Shown one piece after another: positions 1 to 9,003 of a DNA stretch of 64,000 nucleotides (within the stretch, counting starts at the first letter, position 1; the number at the start of each line of letters is the position of its first letter). This DNA comes from an uncultured Spirochaetota bacterium (lineage in GTDB: Bacteria > Spirochaetota > Spirochaetia > SZUA-6 > Fen-1364). The position numbers and the translations under genes are program-made. The notes below the pieces were generated by a model. That model made no database searches. It was not told the DNA's origin and saw nothing but the letters and a program-made list of their open reading frames with translations. Location of the stretch: NCBI GenBank assembly GCA_963820525.1, contig CAWGAA010000002.1, positions 288,001 to 352,000 on the forward strand. Reading direction: 5' to 3'.

Positions 1-407
1 ACGGCTTCACGGGTCACCCCCCGCTTGCGCAGGAGGGTTTTCACCTCCCCGTCGCCGTCCAGCATGGCGAGGAACAGGTGTTCGGTGCTGGTGTACTCGT
101 CCTTCAGCCCGTCCGCTTCCTGCTCGGCCCTGTTCAGGGTCTTCGCCAGCTGCGGGGACATGGTAAGCTGCGCCGCGTCTCCGTGCACCTTCGGCTTGGA
201 GCTCAGGATCTGGCGCACCGCCTGCGCCATCCCCGCCCCATCCACGCCGATTTTCACTAGTAGAGGAAGAACCACTCCGTCCTTCTGCTCCAGCAGGGCT
301 TCCAACAGGTGTTCGACGTCGAGGCTGGAATGGTTGAAGGAATGCGCCAGGGATTCCGCTTCCTGCAGGGCTTCCTGCGCCTTGAGCGTCAATTTGTCGT
401 ATCTCAT
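1..407 (-). CDS. clpB: ATP-dependent chaperone ClpB, N-terminal part (runs off window start)
   Basis: Minus-strand translation from ATG at 407 gives MRYDKLTLKAQEALQEAESLAHSFNHSSLDVEHLLEALLEQKDG...DEYTSTEHLFLAML, i.e. Clp N-terminal repeats. Not in the ORF track because it is truncated. Confidence 0.9.
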   Translation of the reverse strand, partial: MRYDKLTLKAQEALQEAESLAHSFNHSSLDVEHLLEALLEQKDGVVLPLLVKIGVDGAGMAQAVRQILSSKPKVHGDAAQLTMSPQLAKTLNRAEQEADGLKDEYTSTEHLFLAMLDGDGEVKTLLRKRGVTREA

Positions 408-416
408 ATCTAGGGT

Positions 417-445
417 AAGATACCCTGCGGGCAGTCCGCCGTCAA
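417..445 (-). promoter_or_regulatory. sigma70-type promoter of clpB
   Basis: Minus strand TTGACG-N17-TATCTT, with the -10 ending 9 nt before ATG. The inverted repeat AGGGTA-aga-TACCCT (412-426) overlaps the -10. Confidence 0.55.
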
Positions 446-565
446 ATACGCTGCCGGCGGCATCGTATCGATCGGCTGCTTGCCCGCGGGGAACCGCCGC
501 TTGCGCTGCTGCGCCCGCGTCGTCAATTTCGGCGGGATCGGACTCCGGCGGGGGAAGCTCGACTC

Positions 566-826
566 CTACGGTTCAGAATAATCCGGATACAGCTTTCGAG
601 CGCAATCGGGGCACAGCCCATGAGTGAACTCCGCCTGGGAGTGGGCCGAGACGTATGCCTCGATCTGCTGCCAGTAGCCCGCGTCGTTTCTGATCTTCTT
701 GCAGCTCGCGCAGATCGGAAGCAGTCCGCTCAAGGTCTTTACCTGCGAAAGGGCGCGGGAAAGGGCCTCCTCCCGCGCCTTTAAATCCCGGAAGAGAAGC
801 CTTCCGGGGAAAGTCGCGGATGACAT
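566..826 (-). CDS. Small protein: short helix plus Cys/His putative Zn-binding domain (LLPICASCKKIR...HGLCPDC), usually seen at the C-terminus of response regulators/PAS proteins
   Basis: ATG at 826 with GAGGAGG Shine-Dalgarno; 86 aa; CxxC...HxxCxxC motif. Confidence 0.75.
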   Translation of the reverse strand: MSSATFPGRLLFRDLKAREEALSRALSQVKTLSGLLPICASCKKIRNDAGYWQQIEAYVSAHSQAEFTHGLCPDCARKLYPDYSEP

Positions 827-843
827 GTCCCCTCCTCGTGCCC

Positions 844-886
844 AGTATAGCCCGATTTGACAGACGCGCAAGCGTTCTCCTATACT
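844..886. promoter_or_regulatory. Divergent promoters for the beta-glucosidase (+) and the small Zn-domain gene (-)
   Basis: Plus strand TTGACA(857-862)-N18-TATACT(881-886), 7 nt before ATG 894. Minus strand TATACT at 844-849. Confidence 0.7.
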
Positions 887-893
887 GCACACG

Positions 894-2258
894 ATGGCTT
901 CGGAGTTGTTTCCCGAGGGATTCCTCTGGGGCGCCGCCACCTCCGCGTATCAGGTGGAAGGCGCGGTTCGCGAAGGCGGGCGGGGCGAGTCGATCTGGGA
1001 CCGCTTCTGCGCCATCCCGGGAAAGATCGAGAATGGGGACACGGGGGAAGTAGCCGCCGATCACTACCATCGCTGGCGCGATGACGTCGAGAACATGAGG
1101 GACCTCGGGCTCGCCGCCTACCGCTTCTCCGTGGCATGGCCGCGGATCTTTCCCGATGGCAAGGGCAAGCTCAACAGGAAGGGCCTGGACTTCTACGCGA
1201 CCCTTGTGGACGCACTGCTTGCCGCCGGTATCGCTCCCGCCATCACCCTCTACCACTGGGACCTGCCGCAGGCGCTCCAGGACAGGGGCGGCTGGACCAA
1301 CCGGGACACGGCGCTGTACTTCTCGGATTACGCCGAAGCCCTCTTCCAGGCCCTGGGGGATCGCGTTTCTTCTTGGGTCACGGTCAACGAGCCGCAGGTG
1401 GCATCCTTTGTCGGTCATGCCTTCGGGGGGCATGCGCCGGGACTCACCGACTTCGCCGCGGCCGTGGCGGTCTCGGAGGAGCTGCTGAGGGCGCACGCGC
1501 TCGCCGTCGAGGCATATCGAGAGACGAGCCCCGCGAAGGGAAAGATCGGCATCAGCCTCAACCTCAATCCCGTCTATCCCTTTACGGACTCCTTAGAGGA
1601 CGCCGCCGCCGCCCGCCTTGCCGACGGCTTTCACAATCGGTGGTATCTCGATCCGGTTCTCCTGGGCATCTATCCCCAAGACATGCTTGACCACTATCGG
1701 CAGAAGCGTGTCGCCCCGAGGAGCGACGCAAAAGACCTGGAGGCTCTGAAACGGAACAAGCCGGACTTCCTCGGGATCAACTACTATTTCCCGCTTCGCA
1801 TCCAGAGGGTGGAGCCCCACCATCCGATGCTGGGGTTCGCCGGCGCCTCCATCCCCGGCTGCAGGAAGACCGAGATGGGATGGGAGGTGTATCCCGAGGG
1901 GCTCTTCGATCTCCTTCTCCGCGTGACCCGCGACTACGGGGAGATTCCGATCCGGATCACCGAGAACGGCGCCGCTTTTCGGGACGAGCCCGTGTCCCAG
2001 GGCCAGATCCAGGATGACGAGCGGATCGACTACCTGCGCTCCCACCTGCTGGAAGCCAGGCGCGCGATTGACGCCGGGGTGAAGCTGGAGGGCTATTACG
2101 TCTGGAGCCTCATGGACAACTTCGAGTGGTCCCACGGGTTTTCAAAGCGGTTCGGGCTCACCTTTACGGACTTCAGGACGCAGAACAGGACCTGGAAAAA
2201 AAGCGCGAACTGGTACCAGAAGGTTATCTCTACCCGGGGCGCATCCCTGAACGAGTAG
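894..2258 (+). CDS. GH1 family beta-glucosidase
   Basis: FPEGFLWGAATSAYQVEG N-terminal signature, TVNEP acid/base motif, ITENG nucleophile, WSLMDNFEW. Confidence 0.95.
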   Translation: MASELFPEGFLWGAATSAYQVEGAVREGGRGESIWDRFCAIPGKIENGDTGEVAADHYHRWRDDVENMRDLGLAAYRFSVAWPRIFPDGKGKLNRKGLDFYATLVDALLAAGIAPAITLYHWDLPQALQDRGGWTNRDTALYFSDYAEALFQALGDRVSSWVTVNEPQVASFVGHAFGGHAPGLTDFAAAVAVSEELLRAHALAVEAYRETSPAKGKIGISLNLNPVYPFTDSLEDAAAARLADGFHNRWYLDPVLLGIYPQDMLDHYRQKRVAPRSDAKDLEALKRNKPDFLGINYYFPLRIQRVEPHHPMLGFAGASIPGCRKTEMGWEVYPEGLFDLLLRVTRDYGEIPIRITENGAAFRDEPVSQGQIQDDERIDYLRSHLLEARRAIDAGVKLEGYYVWSLMDNFEWSHGFSKRFGLTFTDFRTQNRTWKKSANWYQKVISTRGASLNE

Positions 2259-2350
2259 GGGCGGCCGGACGCCGCGAGCCGTGGGCCTGATCCCGCGCCC
2301 CTCGCTCGTGCCCGCCGAAAAGCACCCGCGCCCGCCGGAGCATGCCGACT

Positions 2351-3073
2351 TCAGAAGTGCCGTGCGCCGAAGGCGCGCAGAAGATCGTCGATCTCGACGA
2401 GGCCCTGTATCTTGAAAGGCTCGCCAAAGCGTTTTCCTATCAGCCTTCCGAAGTGCGCGGCCCTCGCCTGGAGGAGCTCCCAGAAGTGCTTGCTGGAAAT
2501 GTAGGTCTCGGCTTCGCCGCCCTTGTACGATTCACTGTAGACCTGGCTCTCGTAGCAGCGGATGGCCCGCTCTTTCTCCTCAATGAAATCTGAGATGTCC
2601 ACGACGAAGCTCGGCTCGAACTCCCAGGTGTGCATGTAAAAGACAAGCTCGGAGGGACGGTGCGGCTCCTGGCCCGTGTCCAGTCTGGTCAACCCGGCCA
2701 GGAACGCGGCTTCCTGCACGATGCGGGAGGCGGCGACATGATCCGGGTGGCGGTCTTCCCGCCAGTGGGAGAGCACGATCGTGGGGCGAAGCTCGCGGAT
2801 CTCGCGCACGACCGCCAGCCGGGAAGCTTCATCGTCGGCGAGGCGCCCGTCCGGAAGCGAAAGCATCTTGTGACGCAAGAGGCCCATGAGATCGGCGGCC
2901 CTGTCGAACTCAAGCGCCCTCTGCTCGACGGATCCCCGGGTGCCCATCTCGCCCCGGGTCAGGGTGACCACCGCCGTGGCCGCTCCCCCGCGGGCGGCCC
3001 TGAGAAGCGTTCCGCCGGCGGCAAGCTCGACGTCGTCGGGGTGTGCGCCGAACGCGAGAATGTCGACTTTCAT
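2351..3073 (-). CDS. bshB1: Bacillithiol biosynthesis deacetylase (PIG-L/LmbE family)
   Basis: DILAFGAHPDDVEL, LTRGEMGTRG, DRHPDH motifs; ATGA-coupled to bshC. Confidence 0.88.
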   Translation of the reverse strand: MKVDILAFGAHPDDVELAAGGTLLRAARGGAATAVVTLTRGEMGTRGSVEQRALEFDRAADLMGLLRHKMLSLPDGRLADDEASRLAVVREIRELRPTIVLSHWREDRHPDHVAASRIVQEAAFLAGLTRLDTGQEPHRPSELVFYMHTWEFEPSFVVDISDFIEEKERAIRCYESQVYSESYKGGEAETYISSKHFWELLQARAAHFGRLIGKRFGEPFKIQGLVEIDDLLRAFGARHF

Positions 3074-4698
3074 TCGGGCAGCCTCACGGCCCGATGCTCC
3101 GCGGCAAAGGGGTCGATTCGCCGATAGATGGAATCGATCACGGCCTCGCCGTATCGGGCCAGGAATGGGGGGAGGCAGAGGGTCCGCTCCTGAAGCCCGT
3201 TTCTGGGATAGAGGGAGGCGATGATGCGTTCAATCCGCGCGCGAAGCACCTCGTCCTTCCTTTTCGCCGCCTTGATGATCTTCCTCTCCATGAAATCAAA
3301 CTGCTTTCTGCTTCTGCCGGCGGCGTTCCGCGCCGTAGGCCTCAAGGTCTGCTCGAAAGAGCCCACCTCGTCGATCACGCCTCCCCAGATAGCGGCCACC
3401 TCGTCCTTTGCCTGGGAAAGCCGCTGGAAAAGCGATGGAGGGACTTCCTTTCTTGCCAGATCGTCGAGGAGCTTTTCCTTTCGCGATGCCACGTCCGCCA
3501 GGGTGGGGCCGAGCCTGTCGAGGAGCTTCCCCACCTTCGGCTCGATGATAGTGAGGGAAGCCCGCGGGAAGAGAACGGGCATCGGAATGCCTGTCTGCTG
3601 GTACGCTTCGGTGAGCTGGGAGAAGTAGGCGAGCTCCGCGGGCCCCAGGACCACCGCGGCGGTTGGAAAGAGGGTATCCTGGAACAGCGGCCTGAGTGCG
3701 GCATTGGGCGTGAGCTTTTCCGGATGCTCCTCCAGCACGGCCAGCATCTCGGCGCGGGACAAACGCCGCGAGTCGCCCTTGAGCTGGAATCCATCGGGGC
3801 TCACGACGATAGCCTGCCGTGCCGGGTCCTGGTAGAAAAGGGTGAGCATCCCCTCGCGAAGCTCGATCTGCGCCGGGTAGCCGCGCACGGCCAGGCGCTC
3901 CGTCTGCCTGATGACGGCGCGGGCTACGGGCCCGTCTTCCTCGATTTCGCCGCGGAAGAGGCTGGACGCGGCGAGCTTCAGACGCCGGTCCGACGGGTCC
4001 ACCATGGCGATTCCCCGGTCACTCAGGCAATGCTGCATCCATGTCCCGAAGGCGTGCGGGAAGGTGGAGCCGGGCGAGTAGGCCTTTCGAAGCCGGGCCA
4101 TCACCGGAGAGGCGAACTGGGAGCCGGCGAGCGCGGCATCCAGCGCGGCGAGGGCGTCATCGATCCCACCGCCAAGTGCGATCCGCGAGACAGGCAGGTT
4201 TTCGGTCAGCGAGAGCTCGAGAGGAATCTCTTGAAGCCTGCCCCCGGAGTCGAGCGCGAAGGCGCGATTCACTTCGGCGAGATCGCTGTCTTCCGATGCG
4301 ATCCAGAAGACGGGAACCACGGGGCAGTCCAGCGCGGACTCGAGGTGCGCGGCAAGGGCGAGGATCGTGAGCGCCTTGTTCAGGGTATAAAGGGGACCGC
4401 CGAACAGGCCGGCCTGCTGCCCTCCAATCACGACAAGGGATCGGGGATCGGCGAGCCTCTCGATGTTCTGTCGTGTGCGCGGGCCCGCGGAAAACCGCTC
4501 GTTCTGCTCCCTCATCACGGTAACGAGCGTTCCCCGGTCGTATCCCCTGCGGCGCACCAGCTCGGCCTGCTCCTGGAAGGCCCCGGGGTCCTTGAAGTGG
4601 CGGGGAACGAGAGACCGGAAGCTCTCCGCCGCCTCCCAGCAGTCCATGAGGATGCTCCTGCCCGGGTACAGCTCCCGCAGGGGAATGGAATCCGCCAT
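3070..4698 (-). CDS. bshC: Bacillithiol biosynthesis cysteine-adding enzyme
   Basis: 542 aa; GGQQAGLFGGPLYTLNKA, PVFWIASEDSD, PNAALRPLFQD, GPAELAYF and LQER motifs. Confidence 0.9.
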   Translation of the reverse strand: MADSIPLRELYPGRSILMDCWEAAESFRSLVPRHFKDPGAFQEQAELVRRRGYDRGTLVTVMREQNERFSAGPRTRQNIERLADPRSLVVIGGQQAGLFGGPLYTLNKALTILALAAHLESALDCPVVPVFWIASEDSDLAEVNRAFALDSGGRLQEIPLELSLTENLPVSRIALGGGIDDALAALDAALAGSQFASPVMARLRKAYSPGSTFPHAFGTWMQHCLSDRGIAMVDPSDRRLKLAASSLFRGEIEEDGPVARAVIRQTERLAVRGYPAQIELREGMLTLFYQDPARQAIVVSPDGFQLKGDSRRLSRAEMLAVLEEHPEKLTPNAALRPLFQDTLFPTAAVVLGPAELAYFSQLTEAYQQTGIPMPVLFPRASLTIIEPKVGKLLDRLGPTLADVASRKEKLLDDLARKEVPPSLFQRLSQAKDEVAAIWGGVIDEVGSFEQTLRPTARNAAGRSRKQFDFMERKIIKAAKRKDEVLRARIERIIASLYPRNGLQERTLCLPPFLARYGEAVIDSIYRRIDPFAAEHRAVRLPE

Positions 4699-4818
4699 GG
4701 GCCGATCCTACTCGATACGGGATGGGAGCGCAATCTGCGGGATTCGCCTTGAAATGCGGCCGCTCACCGATATACTGATAGGAGATACCGCGCTTCGAGC
4801 GTGGAAGGAAGGTTTCAG

Positions 4819-6492
4819 ATGCGAAAAGCGTTGTCCCTCGCATGCCTGCTTTTCGTCCCCCTGGCCGCCGCGGCCATCGACGTCGATGTCGAGGAGCTGA
4901 AGAGCGCCGGGCAGAAGATCGAGTTCATCAACTATACGGGCCCCCTTTCGATCTTTCAGACCGATCTCGATATCCGGGGCATCGGCAGAAACATGGCCTC
5001 CCAGGTGGAAAGGGGATCGACCATTGCCCGGTTCCTCCTCAAGTACACCGCGATCCATGCCGTCGATTCGGCCGAACCCGACAAGCTCAGCGCCGATATC
5101 ATTTCCATCGACAAGGAGGCGACGGTCGATCACATCGACAACGTGAGGAGAATCGTCTCCGCCTATCTCGGCCGGCTCTACGCGTATCCCCGGAAGGACG
5201 CCGACCTCCTGGCGCTCTTCGTCTCTTACTACAACGCCGTGTATCGGGGAAACATCTCCTACTTCGGCGGCAAGTATAAAACGGTAGTCATGAAGAACCT
5301 GGCGGCAGAGCGGGTGGGCATCTCCACCAAGTACTATGAGTGGCCCGGCGCCACCCAGCTCGTCATCCCCCTCACCGAAAAGCCGGAGCGCGACGTGCTG
5401 GGCGCCTTGAGCACCGGGGAGCTCACCTCCAAGGGCGTCGCGGAGCAGCTCAAAGGCCGGCCTGACAAGGGCGTCGAGGAACGGAAGGCAATGACCGAGC
5501 TGAAGAGCCGCGAGGTTGAGAAGGGGCAGCAGAAGGTCAACGAGCAGGCCCAGGCTCTCGCCGCCGAGAAGGCGAAAACGGCCGAGCAGGAGGCCGCCCT
5601 CCAGCGGGCCAAGGCTGAAGCCGAGAAGAAGAAGGCCGAGGCCGCCGCATCCGTCGGACAGCCCGACGCCGGGCAGAAGGCAGCGGAGGCCAAGGCCGCC
5701 GAGGAAGCCGTGAAGACCCAGGAATCCCAGGTCGCGCAGGCAAAGGCGGAGCAGCAAAAGGAACAGGAGGCGATCGCCTCACAGCAGAAGGTGATTGAGA
5801 CCAAGAAAGAGGAGATCGCGGCGGAGAAGAAGGATATCCAAACGGACCAGAACGCCGTTCGCGCGCAGACCCAACCCGAAACCACGCAGGCGCAGCTGGA
5901 GAAGAAGAGCGCCGAGCTCGCGCAGCGGGAACAGGCCGTGACAAAGCGCGAGGAGGCCGCCCAAAAAGGGGAGACGGACGCATCCATCTACGCGGGCCTT
6001 TTGTACTACCTGAAGATCAAGGAGTACCTGACCGGCGGGCACTACAACAACGAGATCTATTCCATCAATGCGGCTACGGCCAAGATCGTGCAGAAGTCTC
6101 CCGTGGCCAACATCTGCGGCAGGAAGTATGACATCTTCCAGCAGGGCGTCGTGGTGATCACCTATAAGGGCGACCATCGCGCCGGGCATTACCTGGCCCT
6201 CCTGGACTTGAAGACGCTGGAACCCAAGGCGACAGGCTCGGACATGGTCTTCTGGAGGAGCTTCGTTGAGGTGCGGGACAACTTCATCTACGCGATCCTC
6301 AACAGGGACGACGCCTACTACCTGGGCAAGTTCGACTCCGATATGAAGGCGGTTGCCGTTTCCCGGGACAAGGTGGACCCCGATTCGTTCATCAGCTTCT
6401 TCGCCGACACGATCTACATCAACAGTGAGGACAAGAAGATCCTCGTTCTGAACAAAGGAGACCTTTCGACTACCGGAATCATCGAGCCGTGA
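4819..6492 (+). CDS. P83/100-family spirochaete exported protein with central Ala/Lys/Glu coiled coil
   Basis: Signal peptide; IEFINYTGP, ADIISI..ATVDHIDNVRRIVSAYL, YNAVYRG and WPGATQLVIPL motifs. Upstream TTGAAA-N16-TATACT promoter and GAAGG SD. Confidence 0.8.
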   Translation: MRKALSLACLLFVPLAAAAIDVDVEELKSAGQKIEFINYTGPLSIFQTDLDIRGIGRNMASQVERGSTIARFLLKYTAIHAVDSAEPDKLSADIISIDKEATVDHIDNVRRIVSAYLGRLYAYPRKDADLLALFVSYYNAVYRGNISYFGGKYKTVVMKNLAAERVGISTKYYEWPGATQLVIPLTEKPERDVLGALSTGELTSKGVAEQLKGRPDKGVEERKAMTELKSREVEKGQQKVNEQAQALAAEKAKTAEQEAALQRAKAEAEKKKAEAAASVGQPDAGQKAAEAKAAEEAVKTQESQVAQAKAEQQKEQEAIASQQKVIETKKEEIAAEKKDIQTDQNAVRAQTQPETTQAQLEKKSAELAQREQAVTKREEAAQKGETDASIYAGLLYYLKIKEYLTGGHYNNEIYSINAATAKIVQKSPVANICGRKYDIFQQGVVVITYKGDHRAGHYLALLDLKTLEPKATGSDMVFWRSFVEVRDNFIYAILNRDDAYYLGKFDSDMKAVAVSRDKVDPDSFISFFADTIYINSEDKKILVLNKGDLSTTGIIEP

Positions 6493-6569
6493 TAGGTCAT
6501 CGAAGCCTGACCCGCCGCGGGGGCGCTTCCGCACTACCATCGGTGCGGCGCTTCTGTTAGATTGACTTC

Positions 6570-7133
6570 ATGCCCGAAATTCCTGTCTCCGACAGGCCGT
6601 CCGCGACAATTCCATCCCTGTTCTGGACCTTCCTGGTCATCTCCGGCCTGACGATCGGAGGAAGCTATGCGATGATCCCGATCATGGCGACGCGGATCAC
6701 CCGTCGGGGCTGGATGGATGAGCGATCCTTCTACGACCTCTTCGCCCTCGCGCAGGCCGTTCCCGGACCTACGACACTCACCACGGCCGTGCTCGTCGGG
6801 CAGCGGCTCCGTCGATTCCCCGGAGCGGCGGCGGCTTTCCTCGGCATCATGCTTCCCCCCGTGGCGGCAATCATCCTCGTCAGCCTGCTCTACCGCGCGG
6901 TGGCCCACAACCGAATCGTCCACGGTTTTCTCGAGGGCTCGTACGGAACGGTCCTCGGGCTGGTCGCTGCGCTGCTCATTCGGATGGTCAGGGGCCGCAG
7001 GTGGAGGATCCACGAGATCGTGCTGTCCCTGCTCTGCTTTGCGGCGCTCCTGGCGTTCAAGGCGTGGGCTCTGCCGATCGTGGTCGCCACGGTCGTCCTC
7101 GTACGGCTGGGAGCCGCCGTATGGAAATCCTGA
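6570..7133 (+). CDS. chrA: Short-chain chromate transporter (CHR family), subunit 1
   Basis: TIGGSYAMI, FYDLFALAQAVPGP; hydrophobic. Confidence 0.88.
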   Translation: MPEIPVSDRPSATIPSLFWTFLVISGLTIGGSYAMIPIMATRITRRGWMDERSFYDLFALAQAVPGPTTLTTAVLVGQRLRRFPGAAAAFLGIMLPPVAAIILVSLLYRAVAHNRIVHGFLEGSYGTVLGLVAALLIRMVRGRRWRIHEIVLSLLCFAALLAFKAWALPIVVATVVLVRLGAAVWKS

Positions 7134-7642
7134 CCCTCGCCTGGGCTTTCTTCAAGATCGGAGTCATCTCCTTCGGGGGCGGCTGGACGATTGTAGGCAT
7201 CATCCAGCGTGAGGTTGTGGAGCGGGGCTGGCTGTCTCCGAAGACGTTCGCGGATGTGATCGCAATCGCCCAGGTGACTCCCGGCCCGGTAGCGTTGAAC
7301 ACGGCGACGATGGTCGGGTTCCGCGTGTCCGGGCTCATTGGCGCTCTGGTGGCCTCCATAGCGGTCGTCACCTTCCCGATGCTTGCTGTCGCGCTCCTGG
7401 CCGTCCTGATACGCCGCGCGCGCATTGACGAGAAGAAGCTGAGCGATTCCTTCTGGGTAGCGACAGTCCCCCTGATAGCGACGACCCTTGTGACGCTGGG
7501 AATGGCGCCCTCCCTGGGCTGGCACATCTGGGTCATCGCTGCGGCAAGCTGCGCGCTCTCTCTGTTTACGAAGCTCGACCCCATTCTCATGATCCTTGGC
7601 TCGGGAGCCGTTGGGGCGATCATCGCCGCAGTGCGTCTCTGA
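7121..7642 (+). CDS. chrA: Short-chain chromate transporter (CHR family), subunit 2
   Basis: FFKIGVISFGGG, AIAQVTPGPVALN; start overlaps the end of subunit 1. Confidence 0.88.
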   Translation: MEILTLAWAFFKIGVISFGGGWTIVGIIQREVVERGWLSPKTFADVIAIAQVTPGPVALNTATMVGFRVSGLIGALVASIAVVTFPMLAVALLAVLIRRARIDEKKLSDSFWVATVPLIATTLVTLGMAPSLGWHIWVIAAASCALSLFTKLDPILMILGSGAVGAIIAAVRL

Positions 7643-7654
7643 ATGAACGGACTT

Positions 7655-7798
7655 CCGGCGGCCTCGCCTTCGGCGATCCCCAGGGCTCCCGGCGTCTCGC
7701 TTCGCTGCGCCGGCCTCTCGCAGGTTGCTGCGCAACCTGCTGCCGGCCTAGGCCTGCCGCCCTGGGGCCCCTGCCGTGGTTCGCCTCCGGCGAACCAC
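7655..7798. repeat. Nested multi-hairpin palindromic element (REP/BIME-like) between convergent genes
   Basis: Perfect stems GCAGGTTGC-tgc-GCAACCTGC (7720-7740) and GTGGTTCGCC-tcc-GGCGAACCAC (7776-7798), plus TCGCCTTCGGCGA (7664-7676) and CCCCAGGGC/GCCCTGGGG (7678-7686/7759-7767). Confidence 0.6.
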
Positions 7799-8991
7799 TA
7801 GAACTGCATATGACAGTTGATCAGCGCGAGGTCGGATTTGGCGAGCTTGTGGATCGATGAGACGAAGTAGATGCCGAGGTCCTTGCAGGCGTCCTTGAGG
7901 TAGGAAAGATAGTTGAGCCCCAGCTCCGTGTTGATCTGGTCGGTCTGGGAAGTCGACATGAAGTCGTGGAGGTTCAGCTCGACGATGTTGCTCGCCGTCT
8001 TTCTGGAGAGCTCGTCGAAGACCTTGTTGTAGCCGAACCCCTTGTTGAAGATCGAGACATTGAGCTTGTGCTTGGCCGCCGGGGTATTCGGGTTGTAGTT
8101 TATCCCCCAGATGAGGTAGGTCTGCTCGTCCTCCTTCTCCATCTCGCCGATGAGGCGCATGCGGAGGGCGGGGTTCTTCAGGAGCTGCCCCACGGTGATG
8201 TTCTTCTCGTAGCGGGCAGCCACGAACTGCAGCATGTTGAGGTTGCCGATATAGGCGATGAGCTCGATCAGCATCAGCGCCAGATACTCCGCGATGGGGG
8301 ATTTCTTGACGAAGGTGTCGAGCATCTCGCTGATGGCCAGGAGGAACTCCTTCTCCCGGCTCTTGGAGTAGACGAAGGAGACGAGAGACCAGGTATTGTG
8401 GTGGACGCTCTCCAGGTAGCGCAGGCACAGCTCCTTGCGCTCCGTCTTGTCCTCCTTCTCGATGGCGCGCGAAAGGTCGATCTGCTTGAACAGCGGCTCG
8501 AGAATGAAATTCTTGATCAGCTGGAACTCCTGCCCCGTCTTCACCGAGTCCGTCACGACCGCCGGCAGCTTCAGCATCGAGGTCTCGTTGATCTGATTTG
8601 TCGGGTTGCTCCGGTTCCACTGCTTGACGGTGTTCGTCCGCAGGATGGAGTCGAGCAGCTCCTTGTCGAAGCGGAAGAACAGGAGGTTCTGGGCGAGGAA
8701 TTTCGTGAGGTCGATGATCTCGGAGCGGTAGGAGAGGAGGTCGGGATTGGCCACTTCCATGCGCGAGATGTAGCCCAGCTTGAGCATCGCCCGCATGTTC
8801 TGGAGGCTGATCCCCTCCACCTTCAGGCCGTACTCCTCCTCCGCCTCCGCCAGGCGGATCTTGCCCAGCTTCTTGTTGCTCATGAGGAAGTAGCGCACGG
8901 CCACTTCCGTGAACGCGATCTTCAGGGGCATTCTCAGCACGCGGTCGACGTGTGCTGTGGGGCGCGAAGAGGGTATACTGTCCGCGGCCAT
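7798..8991 (-). CDS. Hypothetical protein; C-terminus resembles a degenerate HATPase/anti-sigma kinase fold
   Basis: 397 aa ORF with host-like codon use; last gene of the partner-switching operon; segments LIELIAY...SIFNKGFG...LGLNYL echo the N, G1 and G2 boxes. Confidence 0.7.
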   Translation of the reverse strand: MAADSIPSSRPTAHVDRVLRMPLKIAFTEVAVRYFLMSNKKLGKIRLAEAEEEYGLKVEGISLQNMRAMLKLGYISRMEVANPDLLSYRSEIIDLTKFLAQNLLFFRFDKELLDSILRTNTVKQWNRSNPTNQINETSMLKLPAVVTDSVKTGQEFQLIKNFILEPLFKQIDLSRAIEKEDKTERKELCLRYLESVHHNTWSLVSFVYSKSREKEFLLAISEMLDTFVKKSPIAEYLALMLIELIAYIGNLNMLQFVAARYEKNITVGQLLKNPALRMRLIGEMEKEDEQTYLIWGINYNPNTPAAKHKLNVSIFNKGFGYNKVFDELSRKTASNIVELNLHDFMSTSQTDQINTELGLNYLSYLKDACKDLGIYFVSSIHKLAKSDLALINCHMQF

Positions 8992-9003
8992 CGAGGCGAC
9001 CTT

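Noticed and set aside
408..565. CIRCE or CtsR heat-shock operator upstream of clpB
   Set aside because: Neither TTAGCACTC-N9-GAGTGCTAA nor a tandem GTCAAA repeat is present; only a short unrelated inverted repeat is seen.
5500..5970. Repetitive Ala/Glu/Lys/Gln-coding stretch
   Set aside because: Low-complexity coiled-coil region of the P83/100 protein, not a DNA repeat element.
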